A DNA stretch of 42,104 nucleotides, taken from a virus (lineage: Duplodnaviria; Caudoviricetes). The stretch spans positions 1 through 42,104 of IMG/VR virus record IMGVR_UViG_3300024996_000054; one strand, 5' to 3'. The position numbers and the translations under genes were made by a program. The notes under the pieces are model-generated. The model saw nothing but the letters and a program-made list of their open reading frames with translations, ran no database searches and was not told the DNA's origin. Shown here piece after piece: positions 1-7,112 of the stretch; the stretch's first letter is position 1, and every line of letters begins with the position of its first letter.

Positions 1-957
1 ACGCTGGGCCGCGCCACGGCGCGGCTCCGGCTCAGGCACGAATGCCGGCGCCGAGAGCGAGGCAACCCGGACCGGCGCCGCCGCCGGCGCGGCAGCGGGG
101 AAGCCGCCCTGCCCGCCCGCCTCGAACGGCCGGTCGGGCGGCAGCGGAATGTTGCTGGCGATGCGGAAGGCTTCCGCCGTCTCCTCGCGGCGATCGGTCG
201 GGGACGGCTCGGATGCCGTCTCGACGGTCGTGGGGGCGCCGGACGGCGTAAAGGTCGGCTGCTGCGACGGGCCGAGATCCGCGCTCGCGACCATGACCGG
301 GCTCTGGCGACCGATCGCGGGCGTGTCGTCCGTGCGTAAGGTGGCCAGCAGCTTGCGGTCGTCGCTGCCGGCGATCGAGGCCGGGCCGATATAGTCGATC
401 TTGACCTTGGCCGTGCCGGAGCGCTTGAAATCGAGGTAGTAGGCCACCCGCTCCGAGACATCCATGACGCGGCCGCCGTGGAACGGGCCGCGATCATTGA
501 CGCGCACCATCATCGAGCGGTGATTGCGCAGGTTGGTGACGCGCGCGTAGCTCGGCAGCGGCATGGTGGGATGCGCCGCGCTGATCGAACTCATGTCGTA
601 GACTTCGCCATTGGCGGTGCGCCGGCCATGGAACGCCTCGCCGTACCAGGAGGCCATGCCGATCGCGGAGTAGCCCTTCATCTTCTCGCGCGGCGTGTAG
701 CGCTTGCCGGCGATGGTGTAGGTGTTGCCGACGAGATGACGGCCGCCGCCCTTCGGCGCCCTCTCGCCATTATCGACGACGCGCGGGCTCGCCTTGCCGT
801 ATTTTGCCTCGGGAAACGCGCCGACCTCGCGGCTGGCGTGGCGCTTGGTGCCGGTATCGCCGGCACAATTGGCGACGAGAAGCCCGACGCCGACGACACC
901 GATGATACGGGACAGCGGCACAACGGCAGCGAGGCCGCAAACTTGGCGTTTGATCAT
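1..957 (-). CDS. rlpA: Septal ring lytic transglycosylase RlpA family lipoprotein (host; 3' end runs off the window)
   Basis: Not in the ORF track. Minus-strand frame from ATG 957 reads MIKRQVCG...GLLVANC (lipobox) ...GMASWYGEAFHGRRTANGEVYDMSSISAAHPTMPLPSYARVTNL...VRVNDRGPF, the DPBB/RlpA signature. Confidence 0.93.
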   Translation of the reverse strand, partial: MIKRQVCGLAAVVPLSRIIGVVGVGLLVANCAGDTGTKRHASREVGAFPEAKYGKASPRVVDNGERAPKGGGRHLVGNTYTIAGKRYTPREKMKGYSAIGMASWYGEAFHGRRTANGEVYDMSSISAAHPTMPLPSYARVTNLRNHRSMMVRVNDRGPFHGGRVMDVSERVAYYLDFKRSGTAKVKIDYIGPASIAGSDDRKLLATLRTDDTPAIGRQSPVMVASADLGPSQQPTFTPSGAPTTVETASEPSPTDRREETAEAFRIASNIPLPPDRPFEAGGQGGFPAAAPAAAPVRVASLSAPAFVPEPEPRRGAAQR

Positions 958-1227
958 CGGGTTCAGCTATGCTCGGTCAATGACAAGAGGACGGGGCCAA
1001 CCGGCAATGGACAGTAGACTATCGGACACTGTCAACCGCATGCCTGTCCCTTTCTCCAAATTGGGCCGATTGCATTAAGCAAAGATTAACCGGCGGAGCC
1101 GCCGACGCTTGAGGGTTCGCCCAGATGCGGCGGAATCGTGTCCATTTTACGGCCATCCCGCCAGCAAACCGGGCACAGTGCCGAATCGGCAGGCAGGCCC
1201 TGCCCGCCAACATGCACAGCGCACGCC

Positions 1228-1256
1228 TTGCCAAGCGCCGCCATTCGCGTTTTAAG
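1228..1256 (+). promoter_or_regulatory. Host sigma70-type promoter of the original tRNA-Ser gene
   Basis: TTGCCA-N17-TTTAAG followed by a GC-rich discriminator, about 20 bp upstream of the tRNA 5' fragment. Confidence 0.55.
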
Positions 1257-1274
1257 GCGGCGCCGGCGCGCTGG

Positions 1275-1316
1275 CGTGGAAGGGTGGCCGAGTGGTTTAA
1301 GGCAGCGGTCTTGAAA
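1275..1316 (+). repeat. attL core: CGT plus 5' half of tRNA-Ser up to the anticodon loop
   Basis: CGTGGAAGGGTGGCCGAGTGGTTTAAGGCAGCGGTCTTGAAA is identical to 41892-41933; identity stops right after the anticodon loop CTTGAAA. Confidence 0.96.
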
Positions 1317-1423
1317 TTCGCTCAAATCCGTATTCGCCAGTACCACCCTGTCCCTCATGGTCGTTGAATATCAATATGATGGTGGAGAACCTTTCACTAG
1401 CCGTCCCGTCCCGTCACGCTTCC

Positions 1424-1454
1424 TGCTACCGAATTCGGTAGCAAAATGGTAGCA
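1424..1454. repeat. Putative integrase arm-type sites (GGTAGCA repeats)
   Basis: Perfect palindrome TGCTACCGAATTCGGTAGCA at 1424-1443; ATTCGGTAGCAAAATGGTAGCA at 1433-1454 is repeated exactly at 41819-41840. Confidence 0.75.
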
Positions 1455-1460
1455 AGATGT

Positions 1461-1667
1461 TCATGTAGCGTTCTTGCGGTCGATAGTCCCGAAAAAGCGG
1501 ATAAGAACTTCCCGCGAAACGACCCACCTCGAGCCGATCCTTTTGCCAGCGATAAGCCCCTTCTCAAGCAGGTAGAAGCTTTGGCGTTCGGTGCGATCGA
1601 TCAGTCGCGACATAGCCTTAATACCCCACACCAAATCCAAGTTACAGATATCGCTTTCAGATGGCAT
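1461..1667 (-). CDS. Small excisionase-like/MerR-type winged-helix DNA-binding protein
   Basis: AGGAG RBS before ATG 1667; LDLVWGIKAMSRLIDRTERQSFYLLEKGLIAGKRIGSRWVVSR pattern. Confidence 0.7.
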   Translation of the reverse strand: MPSESDICNLDLVWGIKAMSRLIDRTERQSFYLLEKGLIAGKRIGSRWVVSREVLIRFFGTIDRKNAT

Positions 1668-1764
1668 GCTCCTAAAATGTTGCTTGCGGGAAAGAGTTCC
1701 TCTCTGCAATCCCGCCACATAACCCGAGCAATGTCGGAGGTTTCCCGTTTGCAGGAGCTTTGGC

Positions 1765-1989
1765 ATGAAGACGCCCGCTCGCCGCACAGCGCGGCAAGTC
1801 GCACTCGCCTACAGAGTCGACGATGCCGCTGCTATGCTTGGCATCGGAAAATCCAAGATGTGGGAATTGATCGCGGCAGGACGCATTCGCGCGCGTAAGA
1901 TCGACGGAGCAACGATCGTACCGCACGCGGAGCTTGAGGCATTCTTGGAGGCCGCACCGTTAGCGAGCACGAGGCATGGCCCGAGCTAA
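1765..1989 (+). CDS. Excisionase-family HTH protein (HTH_17-like)
   Basis: AYRVDDAAAMLGIGKSKMWELIAAGRIRARKIDGATIVPHAELEAF; AGGAG RBS. Confidence 0.85.
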   Translation: MKTPARRTARQVALAYRVDDAAAMLGIGKSKMWELIAAGRIRARKIDGATIVPHAELEAFLEAAPLASTRHGPS

Positions 1990-2245
1990 GACAGACCTGC
2001 CACCATATGTCATCGACGAGGAAGAGATCGCGATTCGGTACCTGCTGACGCCAGCCGAATGGCGGGCAACGGCGATTGTGCTTGAGCGGAGCGGCTTCCC
2101 ATCGATCCACCCAGTTCTTGGAAGGCGGCTGCGAGGGCAAGTTGATGCGTGGTTCGCCACCGGCGCCGCTTCTCTCGTGACGTTCAAGCCTGACGGCGAA
2201 GAGAATTGGTCTGCGATAGGCAGGAAGCGTCGCTCACCGAAATGA
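1976..2245 (+). CDS. Small winged-helix/excisionase-like protein
   Basis: GAGG RBS, overlaps the upstream gene; LERSGFPSIHPVLGRRLRGQVDAWF resembles Xis-like wHTH proteins. Confidence 0.6.
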   Translation: MARAKTDLPPYVIDEEEIAIRYLLTPAEWRATAIVLERSGFPSIHPVLGRRLRGQVDAWFATGAASLVTFKPDGEENWSAIGRKRRSPK

Positions 2246-2327
2246 TCAGAACATTTTGCATCGCGGCGATGCAAAGCCGGTGACAGCCCCAGATGGAGCG
2301 CCAACCGATCGCCTCACGGCGCGGCGC

Positions 2328-2362
2328 TTGACTCTTGTCCCGACCTTGTTCTCAATTCGTTC
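2328..2362 (+). promoter_or_regulatory. Promoter with alphaproteobacterial LexA (SOS) box
   Basis: TTGACT at 2328-2333; GTTC-TCAATTC-GTTC (GTTC-N7-GTTC) at 2348-2362, preceded in register by GTCC-N7. Confidence 0.75.
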
Positions 2363-2428
2363 CCATGCGTGAGGCTCGGTCATGGGGTGAGCAGATGCTT
2401 GGTCTCATCCGTCGAGTAGGAGCGATCC

Positions 2429-2677
2429 ATGAGCATGACCTATTACGTCGTCGTCCCCTTCGTCGCCGACGAGAGCGGCGACTTGGTGCCGCTGGAACCA
2501 ATCGAGGCTCAGAGTTCCGAGAGCGCTAAGCGGCGAGCATCAGCCATCGCCGCAGACAAGGGCGGCGCCATCGCCTTCTCGCGGACTGGAGAGCCCGCTA
2601 CGGGCGATTTCGAAGATGCCGTGGTACTGGGGCGCTATGGTGAGGTGCCGACCGATCTCGCCGGCGTTCTGGGCTGA
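2429..2677 (+). CDS. Hypothetical protein, probably SOS-inducible
   Basis: AGGAG RBS; globular 82 aa (YYVVVPF...GAIAFSRTGEPATGDFEDAVVLGRYGEVP); lies downstream of the LexA box. Confidence 0.8.
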   Translation: MSMTYYVVVPFVADESGDLVPLEPIEAQSSESAKRRASAIAADKGGAIAFSRTGEPATGDFEDAVVLGRYGEVPTDLAGVLG

Positions 2678-2720
2678 CGGCCGCGTCCGGCTGAGTATGA
2701 TCAAGATGTAGGAGGGATAA

Positions 2721-2942
2721 ATGGGCATGATGAGTTCGATTGGCACCATGGGCACAATGTCGCTTGCTCATTGGCTGATTGCCATAGTCTGGCTAGCTCT
2801 TGTCATTTGGTACATTATCTCGACTGTGAGGCTTCTCAGGGCCGCTAACATGGCTGGTTTATGGGCAATCCTAGTACTGATCCCAGCCGTCGGCGCTCCA
2901 ATCGTGCAGGGCATACTCGCGAATAGGCTCGGGTCTCGATGA
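2721..2942 (+). CDS. Small two-TM membrane protein
   Basis: AGGAGG RBS; two hydrophobic segments. Confidence 0.65.
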   Translation: MGMMSSIGTMGTMSLAHWLIAIVWLALVIWYIISTVRLLRAANMAGLWAILVLIPAVGAPIVQGILANRLGSR

Positions 2943-3184
2943 CGCCAGAACGCCTCAAGCAATGCCTTGCCACGATCCACTGGTCGCCGGAGACGCTGGC
3001 GGAGGTGGTCGAGTGCGGCGTGTCATTGGTCGATGCATGGCTCGACGGAACTGCGGAAGTTCCAGTCGAGGCGAGCGCATGGCTACAGACCCGGGCGCTC
3101 TCTCACGAAGCGCTTGAAGGCGTGCGGCCGAAATCCCTCAAGGGGAAACGATTCAAGCGCGGTAACTCGCCCGGTGACGCGTGA
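2939..3184 (+). CDS. Small XRE/HTH-like DNA-binding protein
   Basis: ATGA overlap with the upstream gene; LATIHWSPETLAEVVECGVSLVDAWLDGTAEVP helix-turn-helix pattern. Confidence 0.65.
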   Translation: MTPERLKQCLATIHWSPETLAEVVECGVSLVDAWLDGTAEVPVEASAWLQTRALSHEALEGVRPKSLKGKRFKRGNSPGDA

Positions 3185-3199
3185 TCGGCCGTAGTCCTG

Positions 3200-3280
3200 G
3201 GAGGCGGCCGGCCGAGGAGGAAGTATTCGACCGACCGCCAGGACGGCGGAGTTGCGCAGCTAGGGGCGCCGTCCTTGGCG
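3200..3280 (-). ncRNA. Candidate sRNA copy 1 (two GC-rich hairpins, C/U-rich loops)
   Basis: Starts a few nt after GGAAC-N16-TATT (3309-3285); stems GGACGGCG/CGCCGUCC and GGCGGUCGGUCGA/UCGGCCGGCCGCC give G-U wobbles only on the minus strand. Confidence 0.55.
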
Positions 3281-3314
3281 ATTCAATACGCGTCGCGCCC
3301 AAGGGTTCCAAACG

Positions 3315-3345
3315 AAAAGCCCCGCCACCTTTCGGCAGCGGGGCA
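3315..3345 (-). terminator. Rho-independent terminator
   Basis: GCCCCGCTGCC-GAAA-GGTGGCGGGGC-TTTT on the minus strand, just after the stop at 3357. Confidence 0.8.
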
Positions 3346-3356
3346 GTCCACGATCC

Positions 3357-3626
3357 TTACGGGCTTAGGCCATCGTCGAATTCGAGCAGCGGCGGCGGCA
3401 CTCCTGCTCGCCGGGCGCTACGGAAACCTCGGGCGCTCCTGTCAGGTTCGACCTTCAAATTCGCTTGATCACCGGCAGCCATGATGTCCCCCATGAGCCG
3501 GGCCGTGAATGCCTCAATCGCGCTGCGGCTCGGGGTCGCTCCAAGGTACTGGATACCTCGTTTGTCCTGAAGTTTGACGGTCCATTTCCCGTTCACCTTC
3601 AAGACGGTCAGATTGACGATCGACAC
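3357..3626 (-). CDS. Hypothetical protein (89 aa)
   Basis: AAGGAGG RBS then GTG at 3626; RpoH-like promoter upstream and terminator downstream. Confidence 0.6.
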   Translation of the reverse strand: MSIVNLTVLKVNGKWTVKLQDKRGIQYLGATPSRSAIEAFTARLMGDIMAAGDQANLKVEPDRSARGFRSARRAGVPPPLLEFDDGLSP

Positions 3627-3669
3627 GTCATTCCTCCTTTCTCGATGATGCTCGGCATACGCCGTCCCC

Positions 3670-3699
3670 ATTTTGGGGAGCAAAAAGCGGCCGTTCAAG
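3670..3699 (-). promoter_or_regulatory. RpoH (sigma32)-like promoter
   Basis: CTTGAA-CGGCCGCTTTTTGCT-CCCCAAAAT on the minus strand. Confidence 0.5.
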
Positions 3700-3771
3700 A
3701 GGCTGAGACGACAAAAGCCCCTCCCGCCGAAGCGAGAGTTGGCCGCTCCTTAAAATTTTTTCCGCCTTCCT

Positions 3772-3801
3772 CTTGAAAATCCGCGAAGTGGAAAAATCTC
3801 T
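3772..3801 (+). promoter_or_regulatory. Putative promoter of the hsp20 operon (CTTGAA -35)
   Basis: CTTGAA at 3772-3777 is spaced to start transcription at the ROSE 5' end; the -10 match is weak. Confidence 0.4.
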
Positions 3802-3806
3802 GGGGT

Positions 3807-3924
3807 GTCGCCATAGCTGGCGGCCAGCGGACGCCACTTCAGGGTCCGCTCGGGGCGGGTGCCGGAAGGCATCCGACACCTGCTCGTACCCATTTTGCTC
3901 TTTCTGGAGGATTTGGCTATGAGA
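3807..3924 (+). ncRNA. ROSE RNA thermometer (5' UTR of hsp20)
   Basis: Terminal hairpin CTCGTACCCATTTTGCTCTTTCTGGAGGATTTGGCTATGAG has the U(U/C)GCU motif opposite the GGAGGA SD, preceded by additional hairpins; closely resembles rhizobial ROSE elements. Confidence 0.88.
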
Positions 3925-4371
3925 ACACAAGATTGGAGCCCGCTCTGGCGCTCAACGGTCGGCTTCGACCATCTGCTGAACGTCTTCGACGAGGCGCAGC
4001 ACGCCGCGGAAGAAAGCTACCCCCCCTACAATATCGAGCGGTTGAGCGAAGACCGCTACCAGATCACAGTGGCGCTTGCGGGTTTCGGCCCGGAAGAATT
4101 ATCGCTGACTGCCGAACAGAACCTTCTGACCCTAGAGGGGCGGAAGACTGCCAAGGAAAAGGTGGATTTCCTGTTCAAGGGCATTTCGGCGCGCCCCTTC
4201 AAGCGGCAATTCCGCTTGGCGGATTATGTCGAAGTGAAATCAGCAGCGCTTCGCAACGGTCTCCTGACCATCGATCTCTTACGCGAGGTGCCTGAGGCCA
4301 TGAAGCCGAAGGCTATCCCGATCGAGGGACAGCCACGGCCGGCTCGGCAAATCGAAGCCCAGGCGGCCTGA
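3919..4371 (+). CDS. Small heat shock protein Hsp20, class A (IbpA-like)
   Basis: DWSPLWRSTVGFD...SYPPYNIE...YQITVALAGF...NGLLTIDL...KPKAIPI; start at ATG 3919 after the ROSE SD. Confidence 0.95.
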   Translation: MRTQDWSPLWRSTVGFDHLLNVFDEAQHAAEESYPPYNIERLSEDRYQITVALAGFGPEELSLTAEQNLLTLEGRKTAKEKVDFLFKGISARPFKRQFRLADYVEVKSAALRNGLLTIDLLREVPEAMKPKAIPIEGQPRPARQIEAQAA

Positions 4372-4441
4372 ACCGTCACGCAAAAATGGCAACGGGCTTC
4401 GCGGCATCCCGCCGCGAGGCCTCCATCGAAAGGGTCACGCA

Positions 4442-4942
4442 ATGAGCATCCGAGATATTATCCCGTGGAATCGCTCCTCCGAAATCAGCCGGAGCCGGGA
4501 CGCAGAAATGAGCCCCTTCCTCGCGCTACACCGCGAGATGAACCGCATGTTCGACGACGTGTTCCGCCACTTCGATATGGCGCCAATCGGCAGGGATTTT
4601 GGGAGCGACCGCCTTGTTTCGCCCATGATCGACATCGACGAGACCGACAAGGCCATCCGCGTCACAGCCGAACTGCCCGGGCTCGACGAAAAGGACATCA
4701 AGATCGAGGTCGCTGACAACGTGTTGGCAATTGCCGGCGAGAAGAAGACCGAAAGCGACGATCGCGACCGTCTTGTCAGCGAACGCTACTATGGCCGTTT
4801 CGAACGGCGGATTCCACTGAACGGCGTGGACGAAGAAAAGATCGAGGCTTCGTTCAGGAACGGCGTTTTGACGGTCACGCTGCCGAAGTCTGACAAGCCG
4901 CGCGAAAACGTCAGGACTATCGCGATCAACAACAATTCCTGA
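4442..4942 (+). CDS. Small heat shock protein Hsp20/alpha-crystallin, class B
   Basis: PFLALHREMNRMFDD...IDIDETDKAIRVTAELPGL...ERYYGRFERRIPL...FRNGVLTVTLPK...IAI. Confidence 0.95.
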   Translation: MSIRDIIPWNRSSEISRSRDAEMSPFLALHREMNRMFDDVFRHFDMAPIGRDFGSDRLVSPMIDIDETDKAIRVTAELPGLDEKDIKIEVADNVLAIAGEKKTESDDRDRLVSERYYGRFERRIPLNGVDEEKIEASFRNGVLTVTLPKSDKPRENVRTIAINNNS

Positions 4943-5004
4943 GGCGGCGGAACTATCACTGCCGCGAAGCCCAACCCGTGTCGCTAAGAAATGGAGGATT
5001 AGAA

Positions 5005-5322
5005 ATGCGACAGACGAAGCTTGATGAAAACGTGTTCGACATCAATGCGCTGCTTCATCCCGCCGCGGTCTACGGCCATCCCAGGGAAGTTCTCGCCGAT
5101 GGCACACTGACTGTCGGCGAAAAGCGAGCCATCCTTGCCTCTTGGGCGTCCGATGCCGCCGCGGTGAGTTCATGCCCGGCATTGCGCGCTCCCGCCGGTG
5201 TTTCGGCGCCCATATCGATCGACGAAATTCTTGAAGCTCTGAGGTCGCTCGATTCGGGACCGCGGGAACCGCCCGGAGGTAAGCCAGCGCGGGTCGGAAG
5301 CGACAAGCGCGTAGCGGCATAA
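5005..5322 (+). CDS. Hypothetical protein, third gene of the hsp20 cassette
   Basis: GGAGG RBS before ATG 5005; LLHPAAVYGHPREVL...EKRAILASWASDA motif. Confidence 0.8.
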   Translation: MRQTKLDENVFDINALLHPAAVYGHPREVLADGTLTVGEKRAILASWASDAAAVSSCPALRAPAGVSAPISIDEILEALRSLDSGPREPPGGKPARVGSDKRVAA

Positions 5323-5393
5323 CCGAAACGTCATGGCGGCTGCACAAATTTAGATAGTTTTTCGAGTACGGGCGCGGCGCCATGGCGCAGATC

Positions 5394-5473
5394 GGAGGCG
5401 GCCGGCCAAGGGAGCAACTCTTGGCCGACCGCCGGGACGGCGAAGTTGGAGCGGAGGGACGCCGTCCTTGGCG
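5394..5473 (-). ncRNA. Candidate sRNA copy 2
   Basis: Starts after GGAAC-N16-CATT (5502-5478); hairpin A loop UCCCUCCGCUCCAACUU, hairpin B GGCGGUCGGCCAAG/CUUGGCCGGCCGCC. Confidence 0.6.
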
Positions 5474-5507
5474 ATAAAATGCGGCTCGTGCCCTGGGGTT
5501 CCAGCCG

Positions 5508-5540
5508 AAAAAGGCCCCGCCACCTTTCGGCAGCGGGGCA
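5508..5540 (-). terminator. Rho-independent terminator of the lysis/late operon
   Basis: Same GNRA-capped stem as 3315-3345 followed by a T-run, ~80 bp after the last lysis-module gene. Confidence 0.8.
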
Positions 5541-5623
5541 GTCATGGGAGGCTTACAAACAGCACGAAGCCAGACTGGCTTGTCCTGTTATCCGCGCTGG
5601 CACCATTGCCGGCGCGAATGGGG

Positions 5624-5887
5624 TTACGGCGAGGCCTTCTTGTCGATTAGGACTTCGAGCCTCACCAGTCGCGCAATGATCTCACGCTGCAATGCGGAGA
5701 TGGTGTTGGACTGCATCTCGTCCTTGGCCTCGAGCCGATCGACGCGTTTCTCGATCCGTCGCTGGTTTCCGCCAATCTCGCCGATTGCGGCCTGTGTCGT
5801 GCCGTAGCCATAGGAAAGGCCGCCGATCACCGTCATGATCGTGAGGACGTTGCCGAGCGAGAGCTTCGGATCGAACCATCCACGCAT
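5624..5887 (-). CDS. Lysis-module membrane protein (one TM + coiled coil; holin/antiholin-like)
   Basis: GGAGG RBS before ATG 5887; LSLGNVLTIMTVIGGLSYGY TM followed by a heptad-like segment. Confidence 0.7.
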   Translation of the reverse strand: MRGWFDPKLSLGNVLTIMTVIGGLSYGYGTTQAAIGEIGGNQRRIEKRVDRLEAKDEMQSNTISALQREIIARLVRLEVLIDKKASP

Positions 5888-5910
5888 GGGTGCCCCTCCG
5901 TCAGTCGCGC

Positions 5911-6120
5911 TCAATTCCAGCAGTCCTTTTTCTTGCCGAACGCATTGTGCGAGCCGACCTGAACCGCGAACGGTCGATCATTCTTGATGATGAAGTCGCG
6001 GGTCTGAGCCGAAGGCGTCTGCTTCTCCCAGCCATCACAGACACTTGCCGGTGGCGTGGTCGTACACCCCGCCAAGGGCAGAGCACAGACGAGCATCATC
6101 AGCGCTATTGATCTCCGCAT
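5911..6120 (-). CDS. Rz1-like outer-membrane spanin lipoprotein
   Basis: MRRSIALMMLVCALPLAGC lipobox; overlaps the 3' end of the Rz-like gene in another frame. Confidence 0.75.
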   Translation of the reverse strand: MRRSIALMMLVCALPLAGCTTTPPASVCDGWEKQTPSAQTRDFIIKNDRPFAVQVGSHNAFGKKKDCWN

Positions 6121-6298
6121 CGGTCTTGCTCCTGTCGCGTAAGGTTTCGATGGTCTTGGATTGCTGCTGGATCGTGGAGGCTGAGGTCGCGTCGGAGCGG
6201 CCCTTGGCATAGATAGCGCCGGCAGCGGCCAGAACTGCCCCTACAGCGGCGATGATGAGCCACGTGCGCAGGGATAGGCCGGTGAAGAAGGCGATCAT
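6035..6298 (-). CDS. Rz-like inner-membrane spanin
   Basis: N-terminal TM then a helical periplasmic segment; start overlaps the endolysin stop. Confidence 0.7.
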   Translation of the reverse strand: MIAFFTGLSLRTWLIIAAVGAVLAAAGAIYAKGRSDATSASTIQQQSKTIETLRDRSKTDAEINSADDARLCSALGGVYDHATGKCL

Positions 6299-6801
6299 CA
6301 CAGGCCCTCCAGACAAAGGGTCCGTTCGCTGATCCGGCCGCCAGCATCATTGATCCGGCGATTGACCAGCCCGCGGATCACCGCACCCTTGACGTAGACC
6401 CAGCGCGAAAGCTGCTCGCATGCCTGCCGCCACTGGCCTTTGCGGGCATATTTGATCAGCGTCGATCTACAGGCTGCGCCCGTGCCGACGTTGTATGCCC
6501 AGTCATTGATGGCGACGTACGTCTTGGCTGGCGCGCCCCACATTTCGGGAGCGCAGGCGAGCAGGCGCTGCTCATGCTCGACCAGCTTCTGCCGGTTCAG
6601 ATCGGCGCATTGAGCCTCGGTGAACGTCATGTTGGGACCGATGCCCTCCGTGACACCCATGCAGGCCGTCCAGACGCCGCCAACGTCCCGATAGGAGCGC
6701 AGCTTGTCGCCCTCCCAAGAGCCCGTGTAGGCCAGAGCGGCGGCAAGCAGAGCAGCGCCAGCAGCCCCGCTGCCGAGATAGCGGCTACGCTTACTCGCCA
6801 T
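6298..6801 (-). CDS. Endolysin, GH24 lysozyme with probable SAR domain
   Basis: E-x8-D-x5-T triad (WEGDKLRSYRDVGGVWT), AYNVG, GLVNRR; Gly/Ala-rich N-terminal anchor. Confidence 0.93.
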   Translation of the reverse strand: MASKRSRYLGSGAAGAALLAAALAYTGSWEGDKLRSYRDVGGVWTACMGVTEGIGPNMTFTEAQCADLNRQKLVEHEQRLLACAPEMWGAPAKTYVAINDWAYNVGTGAACRSTLIKYARKGQWRQACEQLSRWVYVKGAVIRGLVNRRINDAGGRISERTLCLEGL

Positions 6802-7012
6802 AGCCGGCGCCCTCCTGCGCGAGCAAGCGAGCGACGAAACCTCCGCCGACAACGATGATGATGACCACCGAGAACCACCCGCGGGGGATCGGCGGGCTGT
6901 CGGTGAAGAGCGGAATAGCGGCCTCTGCGCCGGTCAGCACGAAAGCCAACGCCATAAGGCGGATGGACCATGCGCGCTTGAGCACGCGCCGCCAGTCGTC
7001 AACGAGACGCAT
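6791..7012 (-). CDS. Putative holin (two TM)
   Basis: MRLVDDWRRVLKRAWSIRL, two TM segments, directly upstream of the endolysin. Confidence 0.75.
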   Translation of the reverse strand: MRLVDDWRRVLKRAWSIRLMALAFVLTGAEAAIPLFTDSPPIPRGWFSVVIIIVVGGGFVARLLAQEGAGYGE

Positions 7013-7025
7013 GGGACTCTCCAAA

Positions 7026-7050
7026 GAAAAACCCGCCTCAAGGGCGGGTG
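7026..7050 (-). terminator. Rho-independent terminator upstream of the lysis genes
   Basis: ACCCGCCCTTGAGGCGGGT-TTTT on the minus strand. Confidence 0.65.
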
Positions 7051-7062
7051 CAGGAACGGAAC

Positions 7063-7088
7063 GGAACTTAAATTAAAGCTGAGGCGTT
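7063..7088 (+). promoter_or_regulatory. Sigma-EcfG (general stress response) promoter
   Basis: GGAAC-N17-CGTT, exact consensus. Confidence 0.75.
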
Positions 7089-7112
7089 GCGCTCTGTGGT
7101 CGGGAGGTTGTC

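Larger units (their letters stand above)
3200..3348 (-). repeat. ~150-bp repeat copy 1: terminator + EcfG-type promoter + two-hairpin element
   Basis: Colinear imperfect repeat of 5394-5543; the last ~30 bp (GCCCCGCCACCTTTCGGCAGCGGGGCAGTC) are identical. Confidence 0.9.
5394..5543 (-). repeat. ~150-bp repeat copy 2: terminator + EcfG-type promoter + two-hairpin element
   Basis: Colinear with 3200-3348. Confidence 0.9.

Noticed and set aside
478-1017. 179-aa + strand ORF and other ORFs in 42-1367
   Set aside because: Antisense shadows of rlpA or intergenic sequence; the real gene is on the minus strand.
1278-1316. Second functional tRNA-Ser
   Set aside because: Only the 5' 39 nt are present; no variable arm, T-arm or 3' acceptor strand.
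4949-4975. GGAAC upstream of the 5005 gene as an EcfG promoter
   Set aside because: No CGTT/TT-type -10 element at the required spacing.
5394-5473. Loop-loop pseudoknot (CAACU/AGUUG) in sRNA copy 2
   Set aside because: The complementarity is not retained in copy 1, so it is unsupported.
3200-5543. Composite transposon or IS ends
   Set aside because: No transposase, terminal inverted repeats or target-site duplication seen.
7053-7067. GGAAC x3 (and GAAC-N4-GAAC at ~8921) as LexA boxes
   Set aside because: Spacing is not N7; the last GGAAC at 7063 fits an EcfG -35 instead.
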